From: Eledone cirrhosa
Taxonomy: Eukaryota
Assembly: GCA_964016885.1 (NCBI GenBank)
Contig: OZ024742.1
Span: 216,628,001 to 216,692,000 of the forward strand
Direction of reading: 5' to 3'
Length of the DNA: 64,000 bases
The translations under genes and the position numbers were made by a program. The stretch's first letter is position 1; every line of letters starts with the position of its first letter. Positions 39,726 to 55,451 of the stretch are shown here, piece by piece. Below the pieces are notes generated by a model. It did no database searches, was not told the DNA's origin, and saw nothing but the letters and a program-made list of their open reading frames with translations.

Positions 39726-40639
39726 CCAGCTTAATTACCTGGTAATACTAGAGAGATCGTACTTTATAGCTGGAAGAAACATTCTATAAGGTCTGACAAG
39801 CTTGTATACAATGGTTATAGTCTAATCCTGGGCCTTCGAGAATCGATGGAGGGATCGAAGAGGAGGGATTATCTTCAGACTCTAGACCTACGCTGAATAA
39901 TCGCATCAGAATAGATTCTGCTAAATACAATTGATGATAGTAGTGACGTAAATAATGTGACAAAAGAGTAAATAAAGTCTAGTTTACCGATATCGAAAGA
40001 CTTTTTCGGTCCAATTTCCATCATAAGCTTATGGTAGAAAGCACTTGAAGAAGATTCTGGACAAAGGGTGCGAAAATGGAAATACTGATTGCGAAACAGA
40101 TTTATAAGCCACATGGCCATGTCTAGACCCCTGAGATAAAATACGTATCCAGTGAAAGCCATCATAGCCCGATGGCTGTAGAACTTAACCTACTTTAATA
40201 CATTTAAAAAGTTTAGCCCCGTTTAACAATTAGATTATTTTTCCTGTTTATTTCCTGTTGTGTACTCACAGAAACAAATTCTACGTTGTATGGCCTTTCA
40301 CATAATAAAAATATATACCAGTTATCAACTGCCGTCAATTTAAGTGTCTATAGTCATGCATGACCATGTTTCTATGTGTGTCTATCAACACTCAGGTCAC
40401 CATCGTCGTTGGTGATGATAAGATGATGATGATGATGATGATGGTGTGTATGATGATGATGATGATGATGATGATGATTAATGATAATCTAAACTATAAT
40501 AATGTTAATAATGATTGATGACGATTAGAAAATAAATACGATTAAAAATAAATTAAACAAAATCATTGATCTAAAAAAAACAAAAAATGAATTGTTTAAA
40601 AGTTAATTAAAATGTCAGGTACATGCCCAACTTGTTGCA

Positions 40640-40715
40640 TTACTACTACTACTAGCACGCCTACTACTATTACTACTACTACTACTACTACTACTATTAC
40701 TACTACTACTACTAT

Positions 40716-40753
<38 letters not shown>

Positions 40754-40800
40754 ACATTACTACTAACACTATTATGACTACTACCTCTGCTTCTACTACT
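40640..40800 (+). repeat. (ACT)n microsatellite
   Basis: Direct inspection. Confidence 0.95.
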
Positions 40801-40806
40801 AATAAT

Positions 40807-41951
40807 GATTTCATTTATTGGCCACAAGGGCCGACATATAGGGGACAATACAAAAGACTGGGACAGTGGGGTTTTACAGAAAAATCGAGTAAACACTATG
40901 AATCACAATAACAAAGTAACAATAAAATTACAACAAGAAAAAATTCCCCCATACTAGGCATGACCACCCAGGGTTCGCTCAGGTACCCCACCAATCCTGA
41001 ACGACCCGACGCTTCGAGAGCACCCTGGAAGGGCACCCCCTCTTCTCCTCAAATTTACTTACCTACAGCCGCATGACCAGAGTAGGCCCACTCACACGGG
41101 CCATTCTCGCCACATTCACCCACCTTTCAGCAAATGTACTGGGGGGGCAGCACTTCTCTCTCCACCCTCACCTTCCTTTCCAAGTGAAACTTGCAAACGT
41201 TGATGAGGGATTGGCCGAAGAGAAAAGCGTCTGTCTTCAGTCCTTTCAACCTCGTCCACCATGCAACCTCTTTCGCTACTGCCACCAGACAGAGGAAAAT
41301 TGCCTGCCCTTCCTGGCTAAAAGAAGGCGGCGGGTCGATCATCACTATGGAATACCGCGATAGCCAGATCCGTTCTACACGCGACAACAGCTGTTCGACA
41401 TAACTCCACAAATCAGTAATGCACGAACACTGGACGAGTGCGTGCAGAACGGTTTCGTCGCTCTGCGCGCATCTCGGGCAGGTCCGTCTGACAGCACTTC
41501 CGTGCCTGTAGAGTTTATCTCGAACCGGCAGTGCCACCCGGTAGCACTGCCAAGCGAGGGATTTTTGGAAATCATCCATCGTCCCCGGCTCGAAAGTCTT
41601 CCGGTACAGACTGGTTAGTTCGACTTCGTCGACTCTCAGAGCCTTTCCGAGTGCGTCGTCGCACTTGCCCACTACTAATCATCTACAGAACTCGAGAGTG
41701 GAGGTTCCACTGACCGCATTGCCCGCCCGGTAGAGGGCAGTGAGTGCCTTGCAACATTGCAGATGCCAGTCACCCAGTCTCGCACTCTTCTTGACCCAGG
41801 ACTGCAGCTCAGTCAAAGAAACGAGCTGCGGAAAGGCCCGTCTGACAAATGGCGACCACACTTTTTCACCGTTTAGGCAGAATATCTGGAGATGCTGCAG
41901 CCTCAGCGCGTGTCTGCGCCTCATTAGCCACGGCATGCCCACCCCTCCACG
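40807..41951 (-). mobile_element. 5'-truncated Tx1/L1-clade LINE with 19-bp TSD
   Basis: ORFs 41679-41942 and 41127-41672 are homologous to 12987-13892 (GMPWLM..RHALRL, CPRCAQ). TSD tgcttctactactaataat at 40788-40806 and 41952-41970. Confidence 0.92.
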
Positions 41952-41984
41952 TGCTTCTACTACTAATAATAATTATGATAGTAA

Positions 41985-42108
41985 TGGTTTCTGATTTAGG
42001 CACAAGGCTAGCATTTTGGGGAGGTAAATCGATTAAATTGACCCCAGCACATGACTGGTAGTTTATTTTATCGACCCTGTAAGGATGAAAGGCAAAGCTA
42101 ACCTCGGC
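41985..42108 (-). mobile_element. tRNA-SINE 3' part
   Basis: ggcacaagg...tttatcgaccc..aaggatgaaaggcaaag. Confidence 0.8.
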
Positions 42109-42622
42109 TTAATAATAACCATGATAGTATACCAATATTAAGAACCATTACTACTACTGCTGCTACATCACATAGAAGTAGACACCAGTATTTGATTTAT
42201 ATATATTTTATCAAAATTGAACCTGACAGGATATAAGGATTGAGGATTGGTAAAACTGGTCAAGTGCTAAGTAAAATTTCATAACTCAGAATGTAAAAAC
42301 GTATACATAACTAAATATTGTGTAGCATTGTGATATTTACACAATTATACCATCCCACTTCAAATTCCTTCATTGCAGGTTTTTTCGTTTTTGAATAGCG
42401 TAATAAAAATGTTGTTCCTATCTGACACAGACACTCTATCTAACAGTTGGAGACAATCAGCTTTAGCCGTTCCCTACCATGGTCAGTAAAAAAAAAAGGT
42501 AGAATTTGAATTTTGCCATTCAAAGCTCTGGATTGGGACTTTATTCACTGACTCGAAAATAAGAAAGGCAAAGTTGTCTTCACTGGTGTTTGAAGTCCTA
42601 GCACATATAGCGAGAACAAATG

Positions 42623-42842
42623 ATTGTTTCTACTTAAGGCACAAAGCCAGCAACTTGAAGGAGGGGGGAAAGTCGATTAAATCGACTCCCAGTGCTTAAT
42701 TTTGCTTTATTTTGTCGACCCCATAAGGATGAAAGGCAAAGCTAACTACGGCTGGATTTGGACACAGCAAGTAAAGGGCCATAACTCTATTCTGCAAAGC
42801 ATGGTATCTGACGCTCTACCGATACTGATAAATCACCGCCCT
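42623..42842 (-). mobile_element. tRNA-SINE, full length
   Basis: Reverse complement of the 25211-25440 type copy. Confidence 0.85.
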
Positions 42843-43751
42843 AGCGGGCACAAATAATGCGAGACATTCTATCAGGCGCTCTAATGATTCCCTCAATTCA
42901 CTGCCTTCATCCCTCTAATGGTAATCTTATATTATTCTGCATGTCATAATATCTATTGATGTCTTATTCTTTTAACTCGCTCAGTTAAGGAATGAAATTA
43001 AAGATATAATCAATACCAAAAACAATGAAATAAGTGAGTGTTACGTATACAACAACTTTAGATATGAAATGAAATAAAAAGAAATCATCTAAATCTTTAA
43101 CCTAATGAACAATTGTTATTAAGATCTATAAATTATGAATAAAAAAAAAGAAAATTTATATAATGTTAAATATCTACGGCTCTAGCTAGTAGTAATTTTT
43201 ATTTCATATAACTACGCATATTTCATTTTCGTTGATAATTGGCGATCGCTGTGAAACCTATATATTACATTTAGCTCCCTTTACGTCAATAAATACAAAA
43301 GCAAGAACGAAGACCGCTTTGACATTCTTCGTATTGTTGTAGTTTAGGCTCTAATCAGCCCTGACAGAACAGTCTCTCTAATCAAAGAAACACCAACCAT
43401 TACCACACCGCCCTATTGTTGGGAATTGTAGTGCTCTAGTAAGGACTATATTATACATTGTGTCAAACTCGTTAATGATGGTTGGTTATGATATGAGGAA
43501 GATTTTCTTTTTATATACTTGAAGCAGTTCGAGCCACCACGTAGAGGATTCCTCCTCGCATTGTATTTTTTTCATATTTAGCCAAACGCTGTCTTTAGTC
43601 ATATATCCAATGACTAAATGTGTAACAGCCGCTATCATCCTAGCTCATTTTCAGATATAGTGTTATTCAATGCTACATTCGTGTTTGGTTGCTATTTCTA
43701 ATGTATCGAGATTCGGATATTTTCTTCCAAATATCCCTGTGTCGATTATAA

Positions 43752-44059
<308 letters not shown>

Positions 44060-45035
44060 GTGTGTGCGTGTGTGTGTGTGGGCAAGCTGATCCTTCAATC
44101 AAGTTATACTCTTCTACATCCTCAAATATGTGAATTAGTGAAACTATGGAATTGTACCTGGACAGTTCCTCTCCAATGATTAGGTTTGAGCGATTGGTTT
44201 AATGTGGAAGATCAACAGTTCCTAATGCATGCAAAGCTACTGATTTTGTCCAAGGGAAGGGTAAGGGTCGACACACTTTGACACAGTGATGTTAGGAACA
44301 TTGGCATCAGACGTCTAACAGCAGGAAGGGGTACATCAAGGCATCCTATTCTGCACCGTAGTGATTTCATCAATTCAACTATATCCTGAACTGATACTTT
44401 ATATAACGACTACGACAGAATAAAACGTACATTGATATCCGACGAGGTTTGAGCCCGGAATTCAAGGTTATGAAACAAATACTACTAGACATTCTATCCA
44501 CTAACTGTCATTTTACTTCAACTAGCGTCAAAATAAAACAAAATCTTTGGATAAATGGTTAATTTCAAAATAGCGAGTTGAATCCTATTGAGGTCAAGTT
44601 TTTCTTTCTTCTCTCCGAAATAGACAAATTATAATACCAGTTAAATAATGGGGTCGATGTAATCAACTAAATTCTTTTTCCAATATGCTTTGGCCTTGTG
44701 CCAATGCTAGAAATTCAATTCAGTATGAAGTGCAAATCTCTATCAACGAAAAATAATGTTTTTTTGTTTTTTTTTTCATATTTTAAATTTATTTTCTGTT
44801 ATGTTTCTTTTTAGTTTGTTGTCTGTATTTCTTTTTTTCTTTTTTCTTAAAGAATTCCTGCTCGTCTCACCATTTTAATATCTAAACACTGTTTATGTCC
44901 AGCTGCCACATTTATCACGTACTATAACATTTGTTTAACAAACTGAAATTTTATGACTTCTTTTAAGTTATAATTTCATTAACTTTACCACTGCCAAACT
45001 CTAGATACACTTCTGATCGTAAGAACAATATATAC

Positions 45036-45087
<52 letters not shown>

Positions 45088-45401
45088 CTGGAATGATTGA
45101 AATTGTATATTGGCTGATATACGAAATGTTCATGTAAAGATAATCATCTTTATTGGCCACAGGGTTATAAAATCATAACATCGAAACAAAATGAAAAACA
45201 TTAAGAAAGTATTTAGCTGTTTGTTTGTTTTATTTGTTTGTTTTGTTTGTTTGTTTTTGTTCTTTTTGTGAGGGGGATATTGTTTTGGGGTTTTTTCACC
45301 TCCTCGACCAGAGATAATTATAGAGCAGATTCGGGCATGGCATAAAAACAAACATCTTCTACTAACGTATACAAATGTGGGCATGTGTGGGTGTATGATG
45401 C

Positions 45402-45459
<58 letters not shown>

Positions 45460-47329
45460 GGGTGATTGTATGTGAGTGTGCGTGTGTGTGTGTAATACAT
45501 ATATATTATATATATATATATATATATTTATTTATACGTAAATACATTATATATATGTGTGTGTGCGTGTGTGTGCGCATGTGTGTGTGTGTGTGCGTGT
45601 GCGTGTGTGTGTGCGTGTGTGTGTGTGTTCGTGTGTGTGCGTGTATTTATGTGTGTGCGTATGTCTATGTGTGGCTGGGGTTTGAAAATATCATATAATG
45701 AAATGTAGGAACGGGAGAAGGGAGAGCTGACCGTGTCGATGCAGTTAAGTAAACAATTGTAAGTTGATATAAAACATACACCAACCAAAATAAAGATAAA
45801 ACACAGACAAAATCAGCAGTAGGAATTTCTGGGAAAAAAAAAAAAAAAAAAAAAAAATGAAAATATAAATGAAAGAAAGTGAAGAAACAGTAGGTTTGCC
45901 CAGCGAACGAGATTTTTAGAGTTTTAAACGTTTGAATATGTTTGTTCTTATTCTGAATCATTCTCTTTCCTTGTATCTTTCATCAATTTGATAGCAAACA
46001 GGATGCCATTTCTGAAAGTAGTAGCTCAGTCGATGAAAGGCTTATTGCAGGTATTTACGTTGTAGGACGGCACTTATACCGTGGTTTCATACATAAATTA
46101 TAGGAGGAAGGTTACATAGAAGCGAAGGGTGAAGACACTGTTTATGGCTTTATACCCATTTGGAAAGTGAACTCTGCCCTCTTGTAAACAATCGGTATCC
46201 ACGTGTTGATGTGAAAGAAGCAAAGTGAATGGAAATGTAATTAAATATAAAAATTTACTAAACACATATAAACATAGCCACACACATATACAAACACCTA
46301 TGCACTTACATGTGTGTTTACTGTCTATGACTGTGTGCTGTTTGTTTTTAATGGGCTTCCGCACATTTTCTGTCGAACAGATTCCACTCACAAGGCATTG
46401 GTTAACCGTATGCTACTGTATGGGGGGGGGGGACACCGCACCAAACAAGTTGAAACCATGTGGTGGTTAAATGAAATTTCACCAAGTATCAATATATGTG
46501 GTGACAAACAAACACACGCACGAACGTACGTACACACACAAACACAGATTCACACATACACACACACATTTACTGGAGATTATCCATCAGTAAAACAACG
46601 CTTATGCCTCGGTTACGCCTTCATCAATTATGTTGACACATTTTTTTATCGAATTCGATAGGAAGATAAGTAAATCCGACATATGTGCAAAGAAAAATCT
46701 CGAACCAGAACTAAATGCAACAAGGTATATTTGTTTTCATCGCACCGATTCTGTCAGCTCTTTATTAATCCGATAGTCTTTCACACAGTTTTCTTCTACT
46801 CAAGGCTATAGTAGAGTAGACGTTTACAATATGGCGTTCAATGAGGCATACAATGTGGTTTGCAATATAACACACAATGTAGTTAATCTCGGGAACACAT
46901 TATTACAAAGCGACGTTCTTACCCACACGATCATAACTAGAGGCATGTATCAATTATTCCCTACAAATGAATGAACTTCACAACAAAATGAAAACTACTT
47001 AATATAGAATAAAGCGCTATTATTTGTTAGGATTTATTTCATGATTATCTCTGTAGCTACGCTGTGTTTATAGGTACGTGCGTTAGTCCAGACAATAGCA
47101 AGAAATGAAATGAAATTAACTGGAAGATGTATTCACAAGTAGATTCTTATTGGGCGAAAACGTTCACATTGTACTTTGTATTACAGTTTTATAGATAATG
47201 TTGCTACTACTGGCTTTGGTTTCGGCTGTATGGGTGAGAGACATCAGATGTGACATCTAGGCGTTATTGTTGTCAGAGGAGCCACTCTCCGACGATTATA
47301 GTGTGACGGTTTTGATGACTACGTAGATT

Positions 47330-47700
47330 TCATAATTTTATTGGGCAGGTGATATTTCTTTGAATGAAATAGTCTCTGTTGACGACAAATGTATAGTGCC
47401 TTGAAACTCCTGTTTTTGTTAATGTTTCTGTCTGTTTCAGGATCTGGAATGTCTCAATCAAGCAAAGCCTAAGCATTTGTAATCCGTAGTTATGTAGAGT
47501 AGATTTGTACACAGTTTCCAGGTCATTGAGACACACTCAGATCTGTGGGTCCTTAATTTCGGAACGAATTGGGATAAAGGGGCGAGATCCTCTTTGTCAC
47601 TCGACCCAGTTGAGCGCAAATTCTGATTGTATCAGCATTTTAAAATGTTTGTAGGCAGTAGCATGTAATTCCTCTCGACTCAACCAGAGAATGTTATATT
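47330..47700 (-). mobile_element. Possible highly degraded PLE GIY-YIG remnant
   Basis: TWKL...LRLCLIETFQIL resembles the W.L...CRLCL.EK..IL pattern. Confidence 0.35.
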
Positions 47701-48516
47701 TGTTCCACAATCACCGCTATAGTGAAGCGTGATCATCTAAATGGACAATTTTTTCAGTTACAAACTGATTGCTAGGCTTGAGGTTATCAGGGAGTATGTG
47801 TTTTCCAGGAGAGAATAATGGTGTCTTGCTAGGGAAAGAAGATTCCTAGTTCTGTGTGGTAGCTACATTGTGGAGAATTCTGTTTTATGCCAAAGATACT
47901 CCTTGGTTGTTAAACGTCCCTGGATTTCTTGGGTAAATATATCATTTTCCATTTTGGCTTTCTTTAACGATATTATTTGCTTTTAATTGAATATACCATA
48001 ATTAGATATAGTGTAAAACAGGATATCGTGGACGAAGTTAACTAATATATACAAAGGAACACGAAGATTCAATCCATGCCTGAGTGATATATTCCATATG
48101 TTGAAATAATTAGCATGTCATTAATATCGCTGAAAGAGAAATTCAAGGAACTATTAATTTGTTGACAATGAAAGCCATTACTTCCATCTGTTTAAGGTAT
48201 TTATTGAACCTACGTAACCGTCAAAACAACACACACTCAACGTCACAGTGTAGCGAACCCTGACAACCGCATGGTAGATTTAAGTGTCTAGTCCTCCACT
48301 GCATTAGCTAAAGGCAGCAGCTGTAGCGAAATTATCTGTAAGAGTGAAACACGAACGATCAGCAGACCGTTTTCAACTAAAGTAAATTTACTTAATCCTT
48401 GTCTTGCCAATACATCTCTTCTTTCCAGTTAATTTCATTTTATTGCCTAAACGAGTGAACGTGGCACGAAATCCTGAACTGCAGCAGAGTGAATCATCAA
48501 CTAATGCCTAATAAAT

Positions 48517-48552
<36 letters not shown>

Positions 48553-48753
48553 GGTATGGGTGTGTGTGTGGGTGTGGGTGTGGGTATATGTGTGTGTGTG
48601 TGTGCGAGTGTCTATGTTATGTATATTACATATTTCACAAGGGTAGCTTACAAGTGCTAGTTCCATTTTAATGTATGGGCACTCACTTTACACGTATTTT
48701 AAGTAGATGTTAATATACGTTGAATTTATACTAACAATTGTGATCTATTCTAA

Positions 48754-48814
<61 letters not shown>

Positions 48815-49014
48815 TGGACACCCTTTGTATATTGAAAGGACCACAGTTAAAACGATAAAACGATACCCAGAATGTGGGCATATTTATTTTATGATGAAAT
48901 ATATCTCTATATATATATAAGATCGATGAAACGTGAAGCATCTTGTTCTTCTGTTCTTTCTCTATATTCTCATTCAATCCATTTTCCTTCTCTTCTATTT
49001 CTACTTCTCTTTCT

Positions 49015-49272
49015 TTTCCTTACTTAAAGAAATCAGAAATATAAAAGGGACCTCTATTGAAACATTCAAGAAAGCATTGGATGTACTCCTAACCAAGATA
49101 TCGGACCAGCTAACTATTCAAGGATACACTCAATAAAGATCAGTTGCTGCAAACTCAAATATAGAAATGTTTCCAGCCATAAAGCTACAACAAAACTGAA
49201 AAAGATAAATTAGGTGGTGCTCCAGCATGGCTGCAGTCCAACGACTAAAACTATTAATAGAATAAAAGAATA
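49015..49272 (+). mobile_element. CR1/L2-group LINE 3' end
   Basis: LLKEIRNIKGTSIETFKKALDVLLTKISDQ...AANS, then a 3'UTR ending in (aataaaag)-like repeats. Confidence 0.65.
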
Positions 49273-50525
49273 CAAAACTGTAATGAGAGATATAAACGGG
49301 GACGGATATAACAGAGCTTAACGATTTTTGATCATATATTTACTTAGACATGACTAAATTTGGGGGTCAAACAACACGAAGAACCACTGTAGCATTGGGG
49401 TGGACGTGGAATCTTAAATGGGATTGATGGATCTGCTAGAAATAGCAGCCAAATATGCTCTCAATTTATTTTTCCACTAAGTCAAATACTTTTTCTTTTT
49501 CAGGGGGATGAGAGAAAGTTATACTTAAACGGGGTACATCTCCCTAATGTTAACTTCGCTAAAGACACAAAAATATCAAGTGTTATAGTTAATATGAAGC
49601 TCTGTGAGATGTGAAATTAATGATTGATATTTCAGAAAGCCGGTTCAATGCGGTAGAAATATATGAAGGGTAAAGGATGACAAATAAAACAGAACGAATT
49701 AATGTTTTTTTACCCAATATATTTAAACAATATTTCAGGGTTATCATCCATTTTTCAAATCCATTTAACAGACCAGTTAGGAAGAACATATTGATCGTTT
49801 CGTTTGTTTTTGCACCGTTTTCGATTTTGCATTTGAGAACTAGGTGATAACCCTGAAATATTATGTTAAAATATACTGGATAAAAACATTACTTACCCTT
49901 TATATATTTCTACTGCATTGTATTAGCTTACTCAAATACTTATCAGTCATCATGGTTGAGAGGATGGGAGGTATATGTATGCTTTGTCAGGCCTAACGTA
50001 AGACTAAATAACAACGTTCAATACGTGTACCAACGGCGGTTTACGGTTTCGTGGACTGAGTAATGAAGAAGAATTGTCTTAGAACATTAGAACACCAAGC
50101 CATAGACAGAGAGATATTTGACAATTAAACCGCCGCCAGATAACAAAGATAAATGAAAGAAAACCTGGAGGATAAAATAGCTAGTCGCCGCCGCGACACA
50201 TTTTGCTGATGAAGTACTAAGGTCAAACAGAAGACTATAGTCTAGAACAGTAATTGCTAATTACACTGAATTTATTCACAGATAAACATGACAGGCACAA
50301 ATCATATTCCAAGAGCTTTTGCATAATTTTCACCTTTTGTTGAAATATTAGTCTACGGTGGCAGTTTCCACGGAGCCGTGTTCGTGCTTCAACAAATAGT
50401 TATGTATCTCCGGTCAACATTTTCATTATTAATAAACATACTCATTAAACAGTCCAACTCGCCATCATGCAACATCGTTATTCCACAACACATTCCGTGC
50501 GTACAAACACACATATAAATATAAC

Positions 50526-50562
<37 letters not shown>

Positions 50563-50716
50563 TTTTATATATTTGTTTGCACATATGTAAATAATATATA
50601 TAGTCCTATATATATGCGCATGTATACGTATGTATGTTTCTGTCTCATACGTTTATGTATATATATATATACCTTTATATATATATATATATATATAATA
50701 TACATATATATGTATT

Positions 50717-50751
<35 letters not shown>

Positions 50752-50949
50752 ATGAGTGTGTAGGTAATTGCGTGTATACATTATGAATTTATGACTATAC
50801 ATTTGTATAATTCAATTTCATTATAAAGATAACTGCGGACATATATGTATCTAAGAACACAGGCGAGCCTACACATCATTGTGTGTGACTAAAATAATTC
50901 GTATTTGTGTCTGTGTTTGCACATCTCTCTCTCCCTCTTTCCCTCTCTC

Positions 50950-51013
<64 letters not shown>

Positions 51014-51100
51014 ACTTCAGGATCTTTATTAATGTTATTATTATATATATATATACATATAAAGAAAGCATTATTATATATATATATATACATATATATA

Positions 51101-51168
<68 letters not shown>

Positions 51169-51254
51169 TAATCACTACATGCGAAAACATATATATTTAT
51201 ATATATATATGTGTGTGTGTGCGTATGTATGTATGTATATGTATATGTATTTAT

Positions 51255-51461
51255 ATCTGGAGATCTCTCTGCACTTGTCGTCACATGGTACCATGGGCCC
51301 AGCACTATGTGTCAATAATTGTCACAAGTGTAGTGTTTGTACCAGAGTTTTCAAGTCGCTGGCTGGACTAAAAAGTCACACTCGTTGAGCGCATCGGTAG
51401 GGGTTCTCCTACATGGATATAAAGTAGTGGCCGTACTCGAAAACGAGTTGGCAACCACCAT
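51255..51461 (+). mobile_element. 3' part of bipartite RTE derivative
   Basis: Matches 34605-34815. Confidence 0.85.
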
Positions 51462-52185
51462 GTATATATATGTGCGTGTAAACTTTCAACTGAATTAAGA
51501 AGTGCTTGAAAAATTTGAAATTTAAAATATAGTGGTTCCAATGTAAATGACTATAATAATATAACGAATAGACCTTGCTCTATTATGTTCGGACTGGAAA
51601 TCTAAGGAAATTGACTTTCGTTGATGAGAAGGAAGAAAAAAATGTCTACTTGCAGGCTATAGTATTTTAATTTCAAAGCAACTTTTGTTAATACATGAAC
51701 ATAGTGTCTTAAGGTGTAACAGTTAATGCCCATTAACCGATGTTGCTTGGTGTCAGAGATAGAGATATCTAACCCACACTTTTGTCTATATATGTGGCTC
51801 ACATTTAGGTAATAGTGACATTGTATTACAAAGTGGACAAAAAAAAACACTATAAACTACTTGACATCGTAAGGGGGGAGGGGGATATCTAAACTGCATT
51901 GCAAAATAGATTATATATCGTCACCAATTCCTTTCTGGTAAATATTCATGAATAAACTTGAAGATTAAATAATATTTCACAAGAACAATCTTCTCGCAGA
52001 TGCGAGAAATGCTGAAATTATTCGAAAGTGGTTTCAGTTTTCCTACAATTTTGTCTTTGGCGTCAGAGAAGGAGGAATATACGTAGCACTCGTAAATTGT
52101 AGAATGGTGACATACAAAGTCCAGCACATGTTATGGCCTCAATTATGTGCTAATCTAAGTTGGTCATTAATATTTAAGGAACTGA

Positions 52186-52400
52186 GGGCAGTGGATTGGT
52201 AGTATCGATAGAGCGTCAGACAATATACTTTATGGCATAGGGTTACGCCCCTTTTTATCTGAGTTCAAATTCTGCCGAAGTTAACTTTGCTTTTCATCCT
52301 TACAGGGTCGATAGGATAAAGTACCAGTAATGCACTGGAGTCGATTTAATCGACTCCCCGCTCCCAAAAATTGTTGGCCTTGTGCCTAAATCAGAAACCG
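52186..52400 (+). mobile_element. tRNA-SINE, full length
   Basis: A and B boxes plus the family body. Confidence 0.85.
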
Positions 52401-54989
52401 ATATTTAAGGAACTGTAAAAATTGAGGACGATTTAAAATTTCATTCTTCATAGGTTGATAAAATGAAGTTGTAGCCAAGAACTGGGTCGATTTTATCGAC
52501 TGTTTCGTCACTTTATAATGGTGATGTGTCGTATTAAACATCATTAATAATTAAATGTATTTGATATGGATATGGCATAGTTTTAAGGATAAAATACAAA
52601 ACGTCGTATTTCAAATATAAACTTTAGCTAATCCTCATTACAGCCACTAAGTCTCGGAAAAGTTCAGGAAATCTATATATATTCGAAATCATTTTCAGTG
52701 GAAGTACCACCCAGATGTGTATGTCCGTTCATCACAACCGTTCATATATACAATCGGAAAATACCACACGTTTTTACATTCTCTTTTTCTTTATTATTTA
52801 AACATTTTGCCAATAATGTTTTTGTTTTGTTTTTTTCAATAATGCCAATACATTAATGACATTACTATCAGGTGAACCTAACACCTTTTGACATACAGTC
52901 ACACTTAATTCAGCTAACCCGGATGAAATATGAGACATCGCTCTATTACAGAGAGCCTCGCCCTGGAGATCTCCTAGAGAGTGATTTAGAGTGATTTTCT
53001 TTAAAGATAATGTGCTCGTATTTGTTGCGATTAACACCATTGTTGTTATTTTGGTCAAGTGCCAATAATACTAGTGACCTAGTGTCGATTCTTCTTGAAA
53101 CCATTTCTCTTTATATTTCCATTAGTAGTGCTTTTGGGAAAGCCATGTATGACACAAGAACCATTTCTTTCTCTCCCTCCACTCACTGTCCATCTATCTT
53201 ACTCTAGATCTAAGATTTCGTGCTGAGTCAAATTTATAGATATTAATGTTGTTTACGTCGTTATTAATATTATTATCATTACTTGTTATTATTCGCATAA
53301 TTTCTACGGAAGGTAGAGGAAGATATGAACAATGATGATGTGGGACGGACATGGTTGTCTGAGCTGACACTTCTGGAGAGCCATTCAGATTATGGCAGTT
53401 TGGGACAAGATTTACAGCCACTGAAGTACCGACTGCCAAATCTTTTCAAGGTGCACAAAGGGTTACCAAAGCGTCCTATATGCTATCACCGAGTGTCCGT
53501 TGCATTGCTGGCCCATGGGCTTTTGCTGGACAGCTTCGGTTATCAGCTCGGTCTATAGTGAAAATGTAATAGTCGCCTTCTTGCAGGAAGGAAGTGCAAC
53601 AACATTTTCTCTACCTGGCAGCTATACATAAAGAAGCTGAAATAATGGTAAAAGACACTTGTCTGATATGCCATGTCGTAGCATTGAACTCCAACTCACA
53701 AAAAAAACATACTTGCAAATAGAGGTGATGTGCGATCTTCCTAACTATGAGAAAAGGAAGCATAGTTTCAATCAATTTACACTCTACAATCTTAAATAAA
53801 GACGGAGACATTGGGCAAAGTAATCTCTGTATAGAAAAAGGATTGAATGGTCACAGGCGAAACTACTTTGATTATATTTCTGTTCGATCTGGACAGATCT
53901 GGAACTGAAACATGAACTACAACAAAAAGTAGACGAGAAAATCTAAAGAGATAATTTGCAACCGCAAACACATACACCCACACACACCTATTACACACAC
54001 CTACAAAGACATAATAACCGTTTCAGCTTATTGTATTTAGTTAATTATCAATAACATAATTTATATCGCAGAGCACGAATTAACGAACGAACTGTCCACT
54101 CGAGTTTTTCTTTTTTCATTGTGTTTTTTTTTTACTTTTACACTTCGTCTATATTAACGTTAGAACGGAGGTTGGGGTGGTAGCGACATAAAGCGAATGA
54201 CGTAGTTTGAGAGGTGTGGCGTTTTGCGGGTGGGGGTGTGTCCTGTCATCATTGCCTCAGTAATTGTTTAAATGTTTGATAGAACAGAGAAAACAAAATA
54301 ATGCCAAAGGCGTGTTGACTAGGTTAATTGGTCGTTATTTTTTTTTTTCCTTTGTTGTATTTGCTACTTTTATGTATTGTGTTGCTTTGTGAACCACGGC
54401 TATCGCATCATTCGGTTGGGCGGGTTAGGGTGAAGGGAGATACTGGGTGATGGCTCACATGCTAACACTGCTGTTAGTTTCCATGTTCAAATCTGGCTTG
54501 TTCTAAATTAGCAAATTTTTGTTAGTTTTTCATCAAGGAGAAACTACAATATTGTATTTGCCTACAAAACAACCTATCTGCAATGTACGAGAAGTTCAAA
54601 TCTTTTTACAATTCTTTTCTGTTAAACGAAAACTATTGAAAAAAGCAGCAATGAAGAAACCTCTACTTTGTAGCATGATCTGTTCGAAATAGCAGCCATA
54701 TGATCATCATATCACACTCTCCTCTTTAAAACAGAGGGCATATTTGGAAATGTGGTACTAAATACACTATGACTGAAAATAAAATAGGATGATCGTGGTT
54801 ACAGTGTCTATATTGTCAAACCATACTCATAAAATCATTAAAACATTGACAAAATACGACATTGGATAGAATGCGTTGTAGTATGCTTTCGGTTGGTTAA
54901 AAACGAGGAAATTTTAAATGCAAGTTCGACAATACGTTAGTTTCTATGTTGACAACACCCTAACACTCTACCAATCTTTTATCCCTCAC

Positions 54990-55054
<65 letters not shown>

Positions 55055-55345
55055 GCTCTCTCTTTAAACATCAACAACAACCTCTCATTATAGTGAAAGT
55101 CTTTTTATAAGTCTGTCGTCATCACTTTCACTCTCATATTATAAACGATCAATTTCTTTCTCACAGTGTTTCTTTCTCAACAACAACCACTTTTCACTCC
55201 TCCCCTTTCCCCTCTTCCTACATAAAAAGCTTCTCTTTTGTAATATAGGTTAACATTTCTTACAATTAACATGTATGTGAGGCCTTAGATTTCGCAGTCC
55301 AGTCATATCCACCATTGTATAATGAAGGAGCCGTTCTAAGACTAT

Positions 55346-55433
55346 TGTTCCTGATGAGGGAGGCCAGTCTTAGACCAGCTCCTCCACTATGGAGTGGTGG
55401 CTATTACTGGAATCCGAATCTTAACGTCGCGCA
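55346..55433 (+). ncRNA. Degenerate hammerhead motif
   Basis: tgttc-CTGATGA-gg..ccagt...actgg..cc-GAATC-ttaac-GTC-gcgca. A15.1 and stem I are mutated. Confidence 0.4.
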
Positions 55434-55451
55434 CACATGTTAAGTGTATGA

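Noticed and set aside
47195-47300. Minus-strand ctgatgt...agcc-GAAAC...GTA
   Set aside because: Core and stems are inconsistent, so no convincing fold.
48885-48945. atgatga...gaaacgtga hammerhead-like pattern
   Set aside because: The core is mutated and stems I and III are absent.
51300-51400. Host C2H2 zinc-finger exon
   Set aside because: The same sequence recurs in five repeat copies and is the RTE C-terminal remnant.
52950-53620. Possible ancient LINE fragments
   Set aside because: No motif could be read with confidence.
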